From the NCBI RefSeq assembly GCF_009914755.1, contig NC_060929.1: a stretch of DNA of 64,000 bases; one strand, 5' to 3'. Positions within the stretch are counted from its first letter, which is position 1. Every line of letters starts with the position of its first letter. Origin of the DNA: the human T2T-CHM13v2.0 reference genome, Homo sapiens. Shown here piece by piece: positions 36,386 through 49,350 of this stretch. The notes below the pieces were generated by a model. It saw only the letters and a program-made list of their open reading frames with translations, searched no databases and was not told where the DNA came from. The translations under genes and the position numbers were made by a program.

Positions 36386-37047
36386 TAAAACCTCTCAGCA
36401 AAATCAGCATACAAGGGACATACTTCAATGTAATACAAGCTACCTTTGACCAAACCACAGCCAACATAATACTGAATGGGGAAAAGTTGAAAGTATTTCC
36501 TCTGAGAACGGGAACAAGACAAGGATGTCCACTCTCACCACTTCTAGTCAACACAGTACTGAAAGTCCTAGCCAGAGCAATCAGACAAGAGAAAGAAATA
36601 AAGGGTATCCAAGTTGGTAAAGAGGAAATCAAACTGTCATTGTTTGCTGATGACATGATTATTTACCTAGAAAACCCTAAAGATTCATCCAGAAAGCTCC
36701 TACAATTGATAAAAAAAATTTCAGCAAAGTTTCTGGATACAAAATTGATGTACATGAATCAGTAGCTCTGCTATACACCAACAGTGACCAAGCTGAGAAT
36801 CATATCAAGAACTCAACCACTTTTAAATAGCTGTAAAAAATAACATACTTAAGAATATACCTAATCACGGAGGTGAAAGACCTCTACAAGGAAAAACACA
36901 AAACACTGATGAAAGAAATCATAGATGACACAAACAAATGGAAACACATCCCATGCTCATGGATGGGTAGAATCAATATTGTGAAAATAACCATACTGCC
37001 AACAGCAATCTACCAATTCAATGTAATTCCATAAAATTACCACCATC

Positions 37048-37377
<330 letters not shown>

Positions 37378-39574
37378 TCACAGAACTAGAAAAAACAATC
37401 CTAAAATTCATATGGAACCAAAAAAGAGCCCATATAGTCAAAGCAAGACTAAGCAAAAAGAACAAATCTGTAGGCATCACATTACCTGATTTCAAATTAT
37501 ACTATAAGGCCATAGTCACCAAAGTAGTATAGTACTGGTATACAAATAGGCACATAGACCAATGGAACCAAATAGAGAACCCAGAAATAAACCTAAATAC
37601 TTGTAGCCAACTGATCTTCTACAAAGCAAACAAAAACATAAAGTGGGGAAAGGACACCCTATTCAACACATTGTGCTGGGATAATTGACAAGCCACATGT
37701 AGGAGATTGAAACTGGATCCTCATCTTTCACCTTATACAAAGATCAACTCAAGATAAATGAAGGACTTCAATCTAAGACCCAAAACCATAACAATTCTAG
37801 AAAATAACATTGTAAAAACCCTTCTAGATATTGGCTTAGGCAAGGATTTCATGACAAAGAACCCGAAAGCAAATGCACTAAAAAGCAAAGATAAATTGTT
37901 GGGACTTAATTAAACTAAAGAGCTTTTGCAAGGCAAAAGCAACAGTCACTAGAATAAACAGACAACCCACAGAGTGGGAGAAAATCTTCACAATGTATAC
38001 ATCTGACAAAGGTCCAATATTCAGAATCTACAAGGAACTCAAACAAATTAGCAAGGAAAAAGCAATCCCATCAAAAAGTGGGTTAAGGACATGAATAGAC
38101 AATTCTCAAAAGAAAGCATACAAATGGCCAATAAATATGAAAAAATGCTCACCATCACTAATGATCAGGGAAATGCAAATCAAAACCACAATGTGATACC
38201 ACCTTACTCCTGCAAGTACGGCCATTAAAAAAAATGAAAAAATAATAGATGTTGGCATGGATGCGGTGAACAGTGAACACTTCTACACTGCTGGTGGGAA
38301 TGTAAACTAGTGCAACCCCTATGGAAAACAGTGTAGAGATTCCTTAAAGAACTAAAAGTAGAAATACCATTTGATCCAGAAATCCCACTACTAGGTATCT
38401 ACCCAGAGGGACACAAGTCATTATACAAAAAAGACACTTGCACACGCATGTTTATAGTAGCACAATTCGCAATTGCAAAAATGTGGAACCAACTCAAATG
38501 CCCATCAATCGACGAGTGGATAAAGAAACAGTGGTATACATATATACAATGGAATACTACTCAGCCATAAAAAGGAATGAACTAATGGCATTCACAGAGA
38601 CCTGGATGAGATTGGGGACTATTATTCTAAGTGAAGTAACTCAGGAATGGAAAACCAAACATTGAATGTTCTCACTCATAAGTGGAAGCTAAGCTATGAG
38701 GATGCAAAGGCATAAGAATGACACAATGGACTTTGGGGACTCAGGGGGAAAGGACAGGAAGTGGGGTGAGGGATAAAAGACTACAAATTGTGCAGTGTAT
38801 ACTGCTTGGGTGATGGGTGCACCAAAATCTCACAAATTACCGCTAAAGAACTCATGTAACCAACCACCACCTATTCCCCAATAATCTATGGAAATAAAAA
38901 ATTTAAAAGAAATGAAGTGTATTTTATCTGAAAAAATAAAAACAAAAAAATAATAATGGACTGTGTATTTGACATTTGCTAAGAGAAAGCTTAAGTATTC
39001 TCGCCAGGCACACACACGCACAGGCGCACCTGCACATGCACACATGTGCAAGGTAACTGTGCAGTGATGGATATGTTAATTAGCTTGATTGTGGTAATCA
39101 TTTCACAATGCATACATATATCAAAACATCACATTGTACACATTGAATCCTTGATACAGCTGAAAAGAATAAAAAACAAAAAAGAGAAAATGTCCTATAT
39201 TTATAATTAAAAACATTAAATTTCATGAGAATGAAATTGGAGAGACATAGCTTATCAGCAGTAAATGTGAAAATGACTTTGGGATTTAAGTTGATTGCAA
39301 GCTCAGTATGAATTACCAATATGGCATGTCTACCATTTAACCTTTGGCTGTATTCTAAGAAGCTTTGCATCACATATAATGAAGTTGATGGTCTCAAAGT
39401 GCTCTAGGCTGGTCAGCTGGTGCCTCAGAACCCTGTGATGTAGGCATTATTTCATTTACAAAAGAGCCTGAAGCCACCAAATTTGCCAAAGGCCAAAGGA
39501 CTACATGATGGAACACTGACTTAATAAACAGGCTAATTGGTGCTAGGACATGGGCAATACATTGCACATGCATA

Positions 39575-39780
39575 ATATCTTTGAATACAACAATGGCTTG
39601 TGGTGAGTTTTGTTATTTATCCATTTATCCATTACAGATGTTATTTATCCATTACAGATGAGGAAACTGAGACAGAGGTAGATAAAGCAACCTGCTCAAG
39701 CTCATACACACAGTAAGTGACTGAGGTCAGATTAAAACCCAGGACTATTTGATTTAACCACTGAGCTATGCTGCCTCTCT
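39575..39780 (-). mobile_element. MIR
   Basis: TTACAGATGAGGAAACTGAGAC; internal duplication of TTTATCCATTACAGATG. Confidence 0.8.
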
Positions 39781-41381
39781 CAGAGAAACAGAAAGAATTT
39801 TCTACCAGTGAAATCTTTTAAAAAATATCTCAAGTGGCTCAAGTTGAAGCCGGTGGTCCCTGTGTGTGGGTAGAACTGTAAACTGAGATACTTGGAAATT
39901 CCCAGCCTTTATGATTCTGTCCATTTAGTCTTTGGAATGCATTTTTCACAGGGTATACTGAACACCAACTCAATGCTAATCAGTAAGCAATTGTTGACCT
40001 GAGTGGAATAGAACTCCACTCTCTAGAAGGGGACCAACTCGGTGCATTGCTGTGGGAGTTGTGGCTTTGCAAGTGAGCTTTCTAGCTATTTGTGTCAAAG
40101 CTGAATTAGAGGGAGGCAGGCTTTCCAGTGCAGCTAGCAATTAGAGTTCAACCCACAAATTCCTGCACTGGGCTGGCTGCTTTTGTGGGAAGGACAGGAA
40201 AGGAGGCACCTTCAAGGGACAGTGGGACAGAGCAGAGGCAGCAGCGGGTAGCAGCCCCGGGAGCTGTGGCCACAAGAACAGCCTGGACAGCTGGCCTCAG
40301 TCTTGATTTGGATAAAGATGTTTATTCTGCTCTACCTCCCAGGCCTCTCCCTTCCTGCCCTAAGGGCCGTCCACTGGAGTGACTGACGAGGTGATTAATT
40401 AGATACAGACTCACAGACCCAGCCAAGAATTGTTCGCAGACTGAGGTTCATATGGGGGGTTAGAGAGACCCTGCCAGCAGTACTATATAGATAGCCTCCC
40501 TCTTTGCCCTCTCCTGTAGTCTAAAGGTCATGATCCATGAAAAAAGTCTGAATCAAATGCCTACCACCCCCAGGTGATGCCTGAGCACATAATTAGCTGG
40601 TGTTGTGGAAATGGTGATGTACAGAGCATGGAACTCAAGTCTTGATCGGTGTGGTGGGAGTGGGGGGATCCCTGGGAGCCAGTGCTCTCAGATGATCAGG
40701 CATAGATTGTCCAGTTGGTTCCTGGAGGGAGTATAAAAAGCCCCTCTTACTCAACACGCACTCCACTGTTTTTCTTAAACAAACAACCAAACAACCAAAT
40801 CATCACCTCCTTGGTCAAAGCAGTGGTTCTCAAACATTTTCACCTCAGTCCCCTTTTTACTCTTAAAAATAATCAAGGACCCCAAAAAGGACTTTTGTGT
40901 AGTGAGTTTTATCTCTCAAGATTAACCATATTTGAAATTAAAACTGAGCAAGTTTTAAAATAAAAATGTATTAGTTCATTTAAAAATAATCCACCATTAT
41001 ATGTAAACATAAATTATTTTTTTCAGAAAAATAACTATATATTTTCCAAAACAAAAATATTTGGTGAGAAGACTGGCATTATTTTACATTTTTGAAGATC
41101 TCTTGAATGTCTAGCTTAATGGGAGGCAGCTGGATTTGAATATCTGCTCCTGCTTTCAATCTGTTGTGATATGTTGTTTGGGTTGGAGGTTATGAAGAAA
41201 GTCTGGCCTCACACAGTATGTAACTGGAAAAGAGAGAAGTATTTCAACAGCCTTTTTAGTAACTGTGGAGATTCTTTTTTTTTTTTTTCTTGAACTTCAC
41301 CAAACAGGTTAGTTGCACTGTGGGATATGCACCCACATTGGTAAGCTTCTAAAACTCTGTTTTGTTTCATTAAAATCTAAT

Positions 41382-42505
41382 GAAAACCTAGGCAATACCA
41401 TTGAGGACATAGGCATGGGCAAGGACTTCATGACTAAAACACCAAAAGCAATGGCAACAAAAGCCAAAATAGACAAATGGGATCTAATTAAACTAAAGAA
41501 CTTCTGTACAGCAAATGAAACTACCATCAGAGTGAACAGGCAACCTACAGAATGGGAGAAAATTTTTGCAATCTACCCACCTGACAAAGGGCCAATATCC
41601 AGAATCTACAAAGAACTTAAACAAATTTACAAGAAAAAATCAAACAACCGCATCAAAAATTGGGAAAAGGATATGAACAGACACTATTCAAAAGAAGACA
41701 TTTATGCAGCCAACAGACACATGAAAAAATGCTCATCATCACTGGTCATCAGGGAAATGCAAATCAAAACCACAATGAGATACCATCTCACACCAGTTAG
41801 AATGGAGATCATTAAAAAGTCAGGAAACAACAGGTGCTGGAGAGGATGTGGAGCAATAGGAATGCTTTTACACTGTTGGTGGGACTGTAAACTAGTTCAA
41901 TCATTGTGGAAGACAGTGTGGTGATTCCTCAAGGATCTAGAACTAGAAATACCATTTGACCCAGTGATCCCATTACTGGGTATATACCCAAAGGATTATA
42001 AATCATGCTACTATAAAGACACATGCACATGTATGTTTATTGCGGCACTATTCACAATAGCAAAGACTTGGAACCAACCCAAATGTCCCTCAATGATAGA
42101 CTGGATAAAGAAAATGTGGCACACATACACCATTGAATACTATGCAGCCATAAAAAAGGATGAGTTCATGCCCTTTGTAGCAACATGGATGAAGCTGGAA
42201 ACCATCATTCTGAGCAAACTATCGCAAGGACAGAAAACCAAACACCACATGTTCTCACTGATAGGTGGGAATTGAACAATGAGAACACTTGGACACAGGG
42301 CGGGGAACATCACACACCAGAGCCTGTCGTAGGGTGGGGGGGATGGGGGAGGGATAGCATTAGGAGAAATACCTAATGTAAATGACGAGTTAATGGGTGC
42401 AGCAAACCAACACGGCACATGCATACATATGTAACAAACCTGCACGTTGTGCACATGTACCCTAGAACTTAAAGTATAATAAAAAATAAAAATAAATAAA
42501 TAAAA
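41382..42505 (+). mobile_element. 5'-truncated L1PA5-like LINE-1
   Basis: ORF2 C-terminus with CWWDC and HMFSLIGGN; 3' UTR TAAATGACGAGTTAATGGGTGCAGCAAACCAAC; TSD AAAATCTAATGA / AAAATCTATTGA. Confidence 0.94.
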
Positions 42506-42599
42506 TGAGAACTATTAGTTTAAAAAATCTATTGATCTGTCTTGAACTGTGAATGAATCTTTTTGGGGGGAGGGGTTTAGAATTGTATTGTTGGTTTAC

Positions 42600-43080
42600 A
42601 CTTCCATAAATATTTTACTAAAAACTCTTATGAATAGGTACTTGGATTTCTGCAAGTATAAATTCCCAGAGGTAGGATTGCTGGACCAAAGACATGCTTT
42701 TGTTTTTGCTTTTTTAATTCTCACAAACAGCTATACAAATTCACATCTACACAAATGATGGATCAGGGCACCCCTCTTCTGACATCCCCACCAGCACTTG
42801 TAGTTAGCAGTCTTTTTAATGTGCACCAGTCTGATGGATGAGAAATGGAATCTTGGTGTGACTTTAATTTGTATTTTCCTGTTTACTAGTAAGCATCTTT
42901 CCATCGGCTACGAGTTTGTTCTTAATTTGAGTTTGTGAGACAGAATGGTATTTGAGTTTGTGAGGCAGAATGGTATTGATGATGTTAAGCATATTTTTTG
43001 GCTCTTTGGATTTCCCATTCGACTGCTATTCCTATCCTTTGCCTGTTTTTTTCTTCAGGGTTTGTCTTTGCACTATGAAT
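42600..43080 (-). mobile_element. Highly diverged L1ME-like fragment
   Basis: GGATTGCTGGACCAAAG...CATCCCCACCAGCACTTG...GATGAGAAATGGAATCT...TTTAATTTGTATTTTCCT. Confidence 0.75.
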
Positions 43081-43102
43081 GTGCTGGAGCTCAGTGCAGG
43101 GT

Positions 43103-43208
43103 ATTTATTTTTTTGACATTTTTTTAAGTTCTGGAGGACCTGTGCAGGATGTGTGGATTTGTTACATAGGTAAACATGTGCCATGGTGGTTTGCTGCACC
43201 TATTACCC
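43103..43208 (-). mobile_element. ~100 bp L1PA8-10-type 3' terminus
   Basis: T-rich tail, then TTAAGTTCTGG...GTTACATAGGTAAACATGTGCCATGGTGGTTTGCTGCACCTA. Confidence 0.9.
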
Positions 43209-43439
43209 ATGCATGATTTTCTAAAATCAAACATTGACCATTTGAAAATTATTGATTTTCTGAGTTATGTAGATTTTCTAGATGTTGACACATTTCATTG
43301 TATAATATAAAAACATCACATCTATTAATATCACCACTGATCTTACCAGAAAAAAAAAATCTGTAACTATTGGGAGACTGCCAAGCTCACTGTGGCAGAT
43401 ATAAATTTTTCAAAATTCTAATTTTTGCTTGAACACTCA

Positions 43440-43556
<117 letters not shown>

Positions 43557-44149
43557 TCAGTCATTTTTTCATGAAAAAAAATGGTGTTCCATGACAATAG
43601 TGGCTAGCTCAACTCACAGCTGAATCACACAAGTGCTTTCCCTTGAAAATTTGTTATGCAGCAGAAGTGCTTTATGTTTGCGTCCCATTTTGTTGCAGAA
43701 TATATTTAAAAGTATATGCAAGGGTAGAGATACAATAAAATTAATAATATTTACTGCTTCACCATAAATATTCTTAGGAAAATGGACTTTTTCCCCCCTA
43801 TGAGGATGATGTTGATGAATGCAATAACAGCTGAGTGCCACTACCCTGATTTGTTAGGCTGGCAGTTAGATCCACTATTGCTTTTTCACCATTAGTGCAA
43901 ACGTTAACACAGTGAAGATGGCAAATAACATCTAAGTATTACTAAGAACATAGTTTCGACTTTGCAGACTTCCTGAAAGGTTTTTAGGGCCCAGGAGACC
44001 CCTAGACTGTACTTTGATAACCGTTGAGCTAAAGTGTTGAAGAACTTTATTAAAATGCAAATGCCCTCTAGAAGGGATGAGTAAAAATATAAACTCTTGG
44101 CAGTCACTGACAGCTTCGTGTGGAGGCAAGAGAATGCAGCAAGGCTGAC

Positions 44150-44830
44150 CCTCAACTTTAGGAGTCAGATAAATCTGAGTTAGAATACCAAATCCTACAC
44201 TTTCTAGCTCTGTAAATCATGTAATTTTTGAGGTCTCTCTCTTTCTGTCTGTAAATGAACATAATGATCCTAAACCTTTACATTTGCTAAAAGAGTTTAA
44301 TAGGATAAGTGAGTACCTAATGCATAGTTTGTATAATTAACTCAATAATTATTCTCTGGTTTTATAATTTATGTTCTTATAACCTAGTAAAAGTAGGATA
44401 AAAGATGGCTATGTTTTTATGGGTTTGGGGAATTGGAAGCTTCCTGGAAGTCACAGGGTAGATATTTCCCGAGTGTCAACCAAGATGAGCCTTCTAGGGA
44501 GTACACAGGAAAAGGAATGAAGAAGGGACTCCGGGGGCTCCACTTTTTCATTCATTCATTCAGCGAATATTTGATGATCATCTACTGCATGCTAGTCTCC
44601 AATTTTGTCCTAAGAAAGGCCACAACATCATGACAGTAACTGGTAGGATAGACAAGATGTTGGATTCAAATCAATGAACCTGGCTTTTGGTCGCAGTTTT
44701 ATACTGGTTGTGTCACCTGGGGCATGCCCTTTAAGTTCTCTGCAATTCTGTTTCCTTGTTCACAAAATGGGAAAGATAATAAATGCTTCACTGTGATGTT
44801 TCAAAGAATAAATGTAAAAATGCGGTTAAA
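44150..44830. mobile_element. Cluster of MIR (+), L2 end (-) and MIR (+) fragments
   Basis: GGAGTCAGATAAATCTGAGTTAGAAT; TTCATTCATTCATTCAGCGAATATTTG; TGTCACCTGGGGCATG...GTTTCCTTG. Confidence 0.6.
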
Positions 44831-44929
44831 GTAGTCTTTCATTCGTGGTGGCTGTGGTTCTTGAAGTGACTCACTTTTTGACGTCTTGAAAAGCAACAGC
44901 ACATGGAAAAAGGAATCCTTTCTGACTTA

Positions 44930-45225
44930 TTTTTGTTTTTTTGAGACAGGGTCTTGCTCTGTCACCCAGGCTTGAGTACAGTGGCTCAATCATGGCTCAC
45001 TACAGCCTTGACCTCCCGGGCTCAGGTGATTCTCCCACCTCAGCATCCCGAGGAGCTAGAACTATGGGTGCATGCCACCATGCCTGGCTAATTTTTTGTA
45101 TTTTTCTGTAGAGATAGGTTTTTCCATGTTGCTCAGCCTGGTCTCAAACTCCTGGGCTCAAGGAATCTGCCTGCCTCAGCCTCCCAAAGTGCTGGGATTG
45201 CAGGCATGAGCCATCGCACCCAGCT
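44930..45225 (-). mobile_element. AluJ
   Basis: GAGACAGGGTCTTGCTCTG...CCTTGACCTCCCGGGCTCAGGTGAT...CTCCTGGGCTCAAG. Confidence 0.94.
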
Positions 45226-46029
45226 CTTCTGATTCTTGATCTCTTTGACTATAAATTAGAATAGTAATACCTGCCTCCTTTTGAGGGGTCTTAGGATGTA
45301 TAGTATCAATATAGTTCATATGTGCCACATAGTAGGTGCTCAAAAAATAGCTACTAGTTATGATTTTGTGGTGGGACAGATACACCTCCCATGGAAGCTG
45401 GCATATAGTAAGCCAGGATAATAAGTGGAAGAGAAAAACTTTTAGCACAATACCAAATAAAACATATACCTGCAAAGATTTAATATTGATGGATGAAAGT
45501 TCTGATCATTTAGAAACTCATTCTGTGGCTAAGTCATGATAAAGGCATCTTCTTCCCTTCCTAGCTCCATTCTCAAGATCTAACCTCCTACCTTTAAGCA
45601 ATGTTGGAAGCAAAAGAGCTGTATATGTGACTAACTGTGCTGGTCAGAGCAAATGATTAGGCAGAATCTTGGTGAAAGGTAAGAAGTAAACATAGGGGAA
45701 ACAAAAGAATTGAAAGGATTAAGAAAATATGGGAGCAGACAGACAAAGTGGCACCTAAGAAGGGATGTGAGATGCCTCTGTTGACCACTGGGGCATGCTC
45801 CATGGAGCACCCCAGGCTACAGCTGATATCCCAAGCCTGTCAGATGAGCTGGATGGCACAAGAAGCCTTCTCTGCTCTGTACCTCATGGCAGAATGTGGA
45901 TGAGATGGGAAATGCTACCTAACTCAAAGACCAAACATTTTCCTGGATTCCTCACAGGAGCTTGGCAAGCTGGCAGTTAGTCTATTTGGTTGTGGGCTTT
46001 ATTTTATGATATTTTACAACAAATATTCA

Positions 46030-46250
46030 TATAGCATTTGCTAAGTTCCAGGAATTACTGTAATTCCTTTATGCATATTAATTCCTGTAATCCCTTAACA
46101 ACTTTATGAGATAAATCAGAGTGCCTATTTTATAGATGAAGAATCTAAGGCAAAGTAACTTGCCTAAAGTCATTCCATTCATAAGGGGCAGATTCTCATG
46201 AGCCAGAGAATCAAGCCCCAGTGTTCAGATGCCTAACCATACAGCTCTAC
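46030..46250 (-). mobile_element. MIR
   Basis: ATTTTATAGATGAAGAATCTAAGGC..AAGTAACTTGCCTAAAGTCA. Confidence 0.75.
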
Positions 46251-47599
46251 CCTTACAAAGGGAGCAAATAGGGACTTCAATGATTTGGATGCTGGTGACA
46301 GCGATCAATGATGATGTGATGGTGAGAAGGAGGAGGATGGTGCTCATTGTCAAGGCAATCTCTGCACCACAAGATAAGATCTACAGACTGCAAACAAAAT
46401 GAATGCTATTCCCAGTCTTTAAAATGAAAACAGTGTGTTTTAACTCCCAGCTTAATGTGCTGAGGAACCATGTGATGTCTACACAGGGGCAGCTTGGTGG
46501 AATAGGAAAGTGAGAGAGCTTATTAATATCTTCTTCCCCTATCCAACCCTTTTCCTAAACTCCTCATCCTCCCCCAAGACTCCCCACAGGAAGCAACTAG
46601 GCTCACCAAGTTGCTGCTACCGGAGCCCCTAGAGATGGACTTCCAGGAACCAGTCATCTCCTGCTAGAAAACAAATTGCTGGAGGATGGGAGGAAGAGAG
46701 ATGTGAATTGCATTCTCTTGGGGTTTTTCAGCATGAAATGAATTTTCAGAGTAGATCTAAAACTATAGTTCACATGATCCAGTGTAACCAAAAAGCCCCC
46801 AGAAAACCTTCTTTACTGTGGCTGCTTCTCAAAGAACTCTCTTGTCCGAGAACAGCACTTGGAGTGCTGTGGTCTCCCCATCAGACTCTAGTCATCCAAT
46901 ACTGAAGCTGCCTGCTGACCATAAAGGGAGATGAGAAAGAGCCCCAGAGGGTCATCTCAACCTGAAGCTGGAGCCCAGAATCCATGACAGTCCAATTAAA
47001 TCAGACTACCTGTGGGTAGGACCACCATTCTTTTATAAAAACTCTCCAGGTGATCTCTTATGATGACAGACACTGACAGACAAACTTAAAAATCCTTCTG
47101 CACAGCGAGGACTATTCCTGTAGCTTTCTGGTCACTATGGAAGGCTTCCTAGTAGAAGAGGAGATGTCATCACAGCATCATTGAAAAAAGCCCAGGCTGT
47201 GGAGTTCTGAGTTTAAATTCTGATTCAGATAGTTATATTGTATACTGTATAATTTAGGCATTATGTTTCCTGGGTACGAAGAAACATGGTAGAGACAAAC
47301 CAGACATGGAATCTGTCTGGAAATGAAAGGGGCCTGGGGTGGGTCCCAGGTTCTTCCAGTCACCCATTAGCTATGTGACTTCACATCTACATCTCTTCAT
47401 CTGTAGAATGGGTATGTGATTCCTCTCTTGCAGAGGGTTGTGCTTTGAGATGATAAATTCTATAAGTGCAGGGCTGAGCATATGGTAGCTATTATTACAA
47501 GGACTTTAGACTCTCTTACATAATCTCCCCACCACACCCCACCAGGCCTGTGGGGTCTGAGATTTCTAAGAAGCTGGGGTAGGCAGGGGCTAGATTTGA

Positions 47600-48385
47600 G
47601 GTAGATTTGAAAAGACCACTGTAATTACTAGGAGCGGCATGCAATTTATACAAAGTATGGAGAGGTCTAATTTACCCTTTGGGAAGACCCCTGTGGCTGC
47701 TGTGTGATGAATAGGTTGAAGATGGGTGAGAATGGAAGCTGGGGGCCAGGGTAGTAGTTCTGGTGGAAATGCCCGAGGTTCAGAGGAAGGCAGTGGCAGG
47801 AAGGATGCAGAGACATTGTCTCAGTAAATGAGTTTCGAAAGTAGCATGGGGAAGCTTTGTGGAACCATTTCAGGTGAGAGGAAAAAGGAAGCTTAGCATG
47901 TTTTCCAGGTTTCTGGTTTGGACTCCTGGGTGGAATATGGGTCTATTTATCAAGATTGGAGAACGGTTTTGGAGGGCAGTTAAAAGTTGAGTTTTAGACA
48001 CGTAAACTTGGAGATTCATGAGTCATTAAGTTGAGAAAACATATAGACAGTTAGGCATGCGGGTGTGAAGCTCCAGGGAGAGGACAGGACAGGTGATATA
48101 TGTTTCTCAGTCATCTTCATAGAAATGGTGCGAATCTGTGAGGATGACCAAGCTCATCTAGGTGAGAATAGAAAAGGAAAATAGAAGCACAGGAAAGGAA
48201 CTCAGGATGCATCCCTGCAGAACACTCAAAGAAGCTTGCTGTGCTTTCTACACAGAGTATAAATTCCCCAAGGTCAAGGACTGTATCTTATATACTCCTT
48301 GGCTCCTATTGCCTGACACACACTTACCAAATATTGCATAAATGAATGAATCAATCAATTAATGAATCAATGAGTGGATGAAATC
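47600..48385. mobile_element. L2 fragments (minus ~47600-48230; plus 3' end ~48230-48385 with TGAA-type tail)
   Basis: GAAGACCCCTGTGGCTGCTGTGTGATGAATAG; CCAGGTTTCTGGTTTGG; GCCTGACACAC...AATGAATGAATCAATCAATTAATGAATC. Confidence 0.75.
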
Positions 48386-49094
48386 TCCAAAAATATCTCT
48401 CATTCGTCTAATCCAGACTGGGGGTATCCACATGCGTGTTTGTATTTTCTGTGACATAGGAGCAGAGAGTTTTGGAGGGAGGACCCAGCCCCTGCGCCAA
48501 TATGAGGGCTCTTGGTCATGCAGAGAATTATCACTACTGTAGCTCCATGGTTCCCACTGTCTTGCCCGAGGAAGTTATTCAATGTTCAGGCCTCCACACA
48601 GACAGGTATTTAAGGCATTAAGAAGAACAAAAATGCTTTCATTTAATTACACGCTTTCAACCCATTGGTTCTATTTAATAAGGCTCATCTCTTGAGACAC
48701 TTTAATCAAGATTCAAAACAATCATTTCTGAATGAGACTGACATTTCCGCAGAGACGAAGGTGGCGGCTAGTTCATCTCTGATAGCTGTGACCCCCTGCC
48801 TATTTCTGGTCACCTCTTCATGCCCTCTCAGAGCTGTAGCCTCACTCCACTTTAAGATTCAGTGAATTCTTCCATTCCTTCTTGTGCAGCTCTGGCTCCC
48901 ACAAAGCAGCAGTTCCTCTCCCAGGCTCCCTTTGAGAAAAAAGCCACCAGCCACCTGGTTTTGATTTGTCAATAATGGTATGTTAGAGACCCAAAAGGAG
49001 GCTATTGAAGCACGTTGGGAAAAAAAAAAAAAAAGAAATTATAAGGAAGAATGTTCTGACTGGTCTCTTTTCTCCCGCCTCTGGGTGGGACAGG

Positions 49095-49350
49095 AGGGCA
49101 GTGCAGTGGTTAAGAATACTGGGTCTCAAGCCAGCATGGCCTGGCTCCTTGCTCTCCTGATTCTTAGCCGTGGTACCCTGAGCACATTGCTTCATCTCTC
49201 TATACCTCAGTTTCCTCATCTATAAAATGCAGAGAACAAAGTTACCTATAGCCTAAGGCTTTTGGTAGGAGGACATGAGGTCATGTGTATGCAATGTGTT
49301 TAGCACAGTACCTGCCCCAAAACAAGTACTCAGGAAATATACACGATTAT
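49095..49350 (+). mobile_element. MIR, near full length
   Basis: GGCAGTGCAGTGGTTAAGA...CCTCAGTTTCCTCATCTATAAAATG...TTTAGCACAGTACCTG. Confidence 0.88.

Noticed and set aside
41313-42275. 203-aa and 103-aa ORFs, the longest in the window
   Set aside because: C-terminus of L1 ORF2 in a truncated L1PA5, split by a TGA at 41922-41924; not a host gene
42330-42355. G-quadruplex-like tract
   Set aside because: Standard L1PA 3' UTR G-rich tract found in many copies
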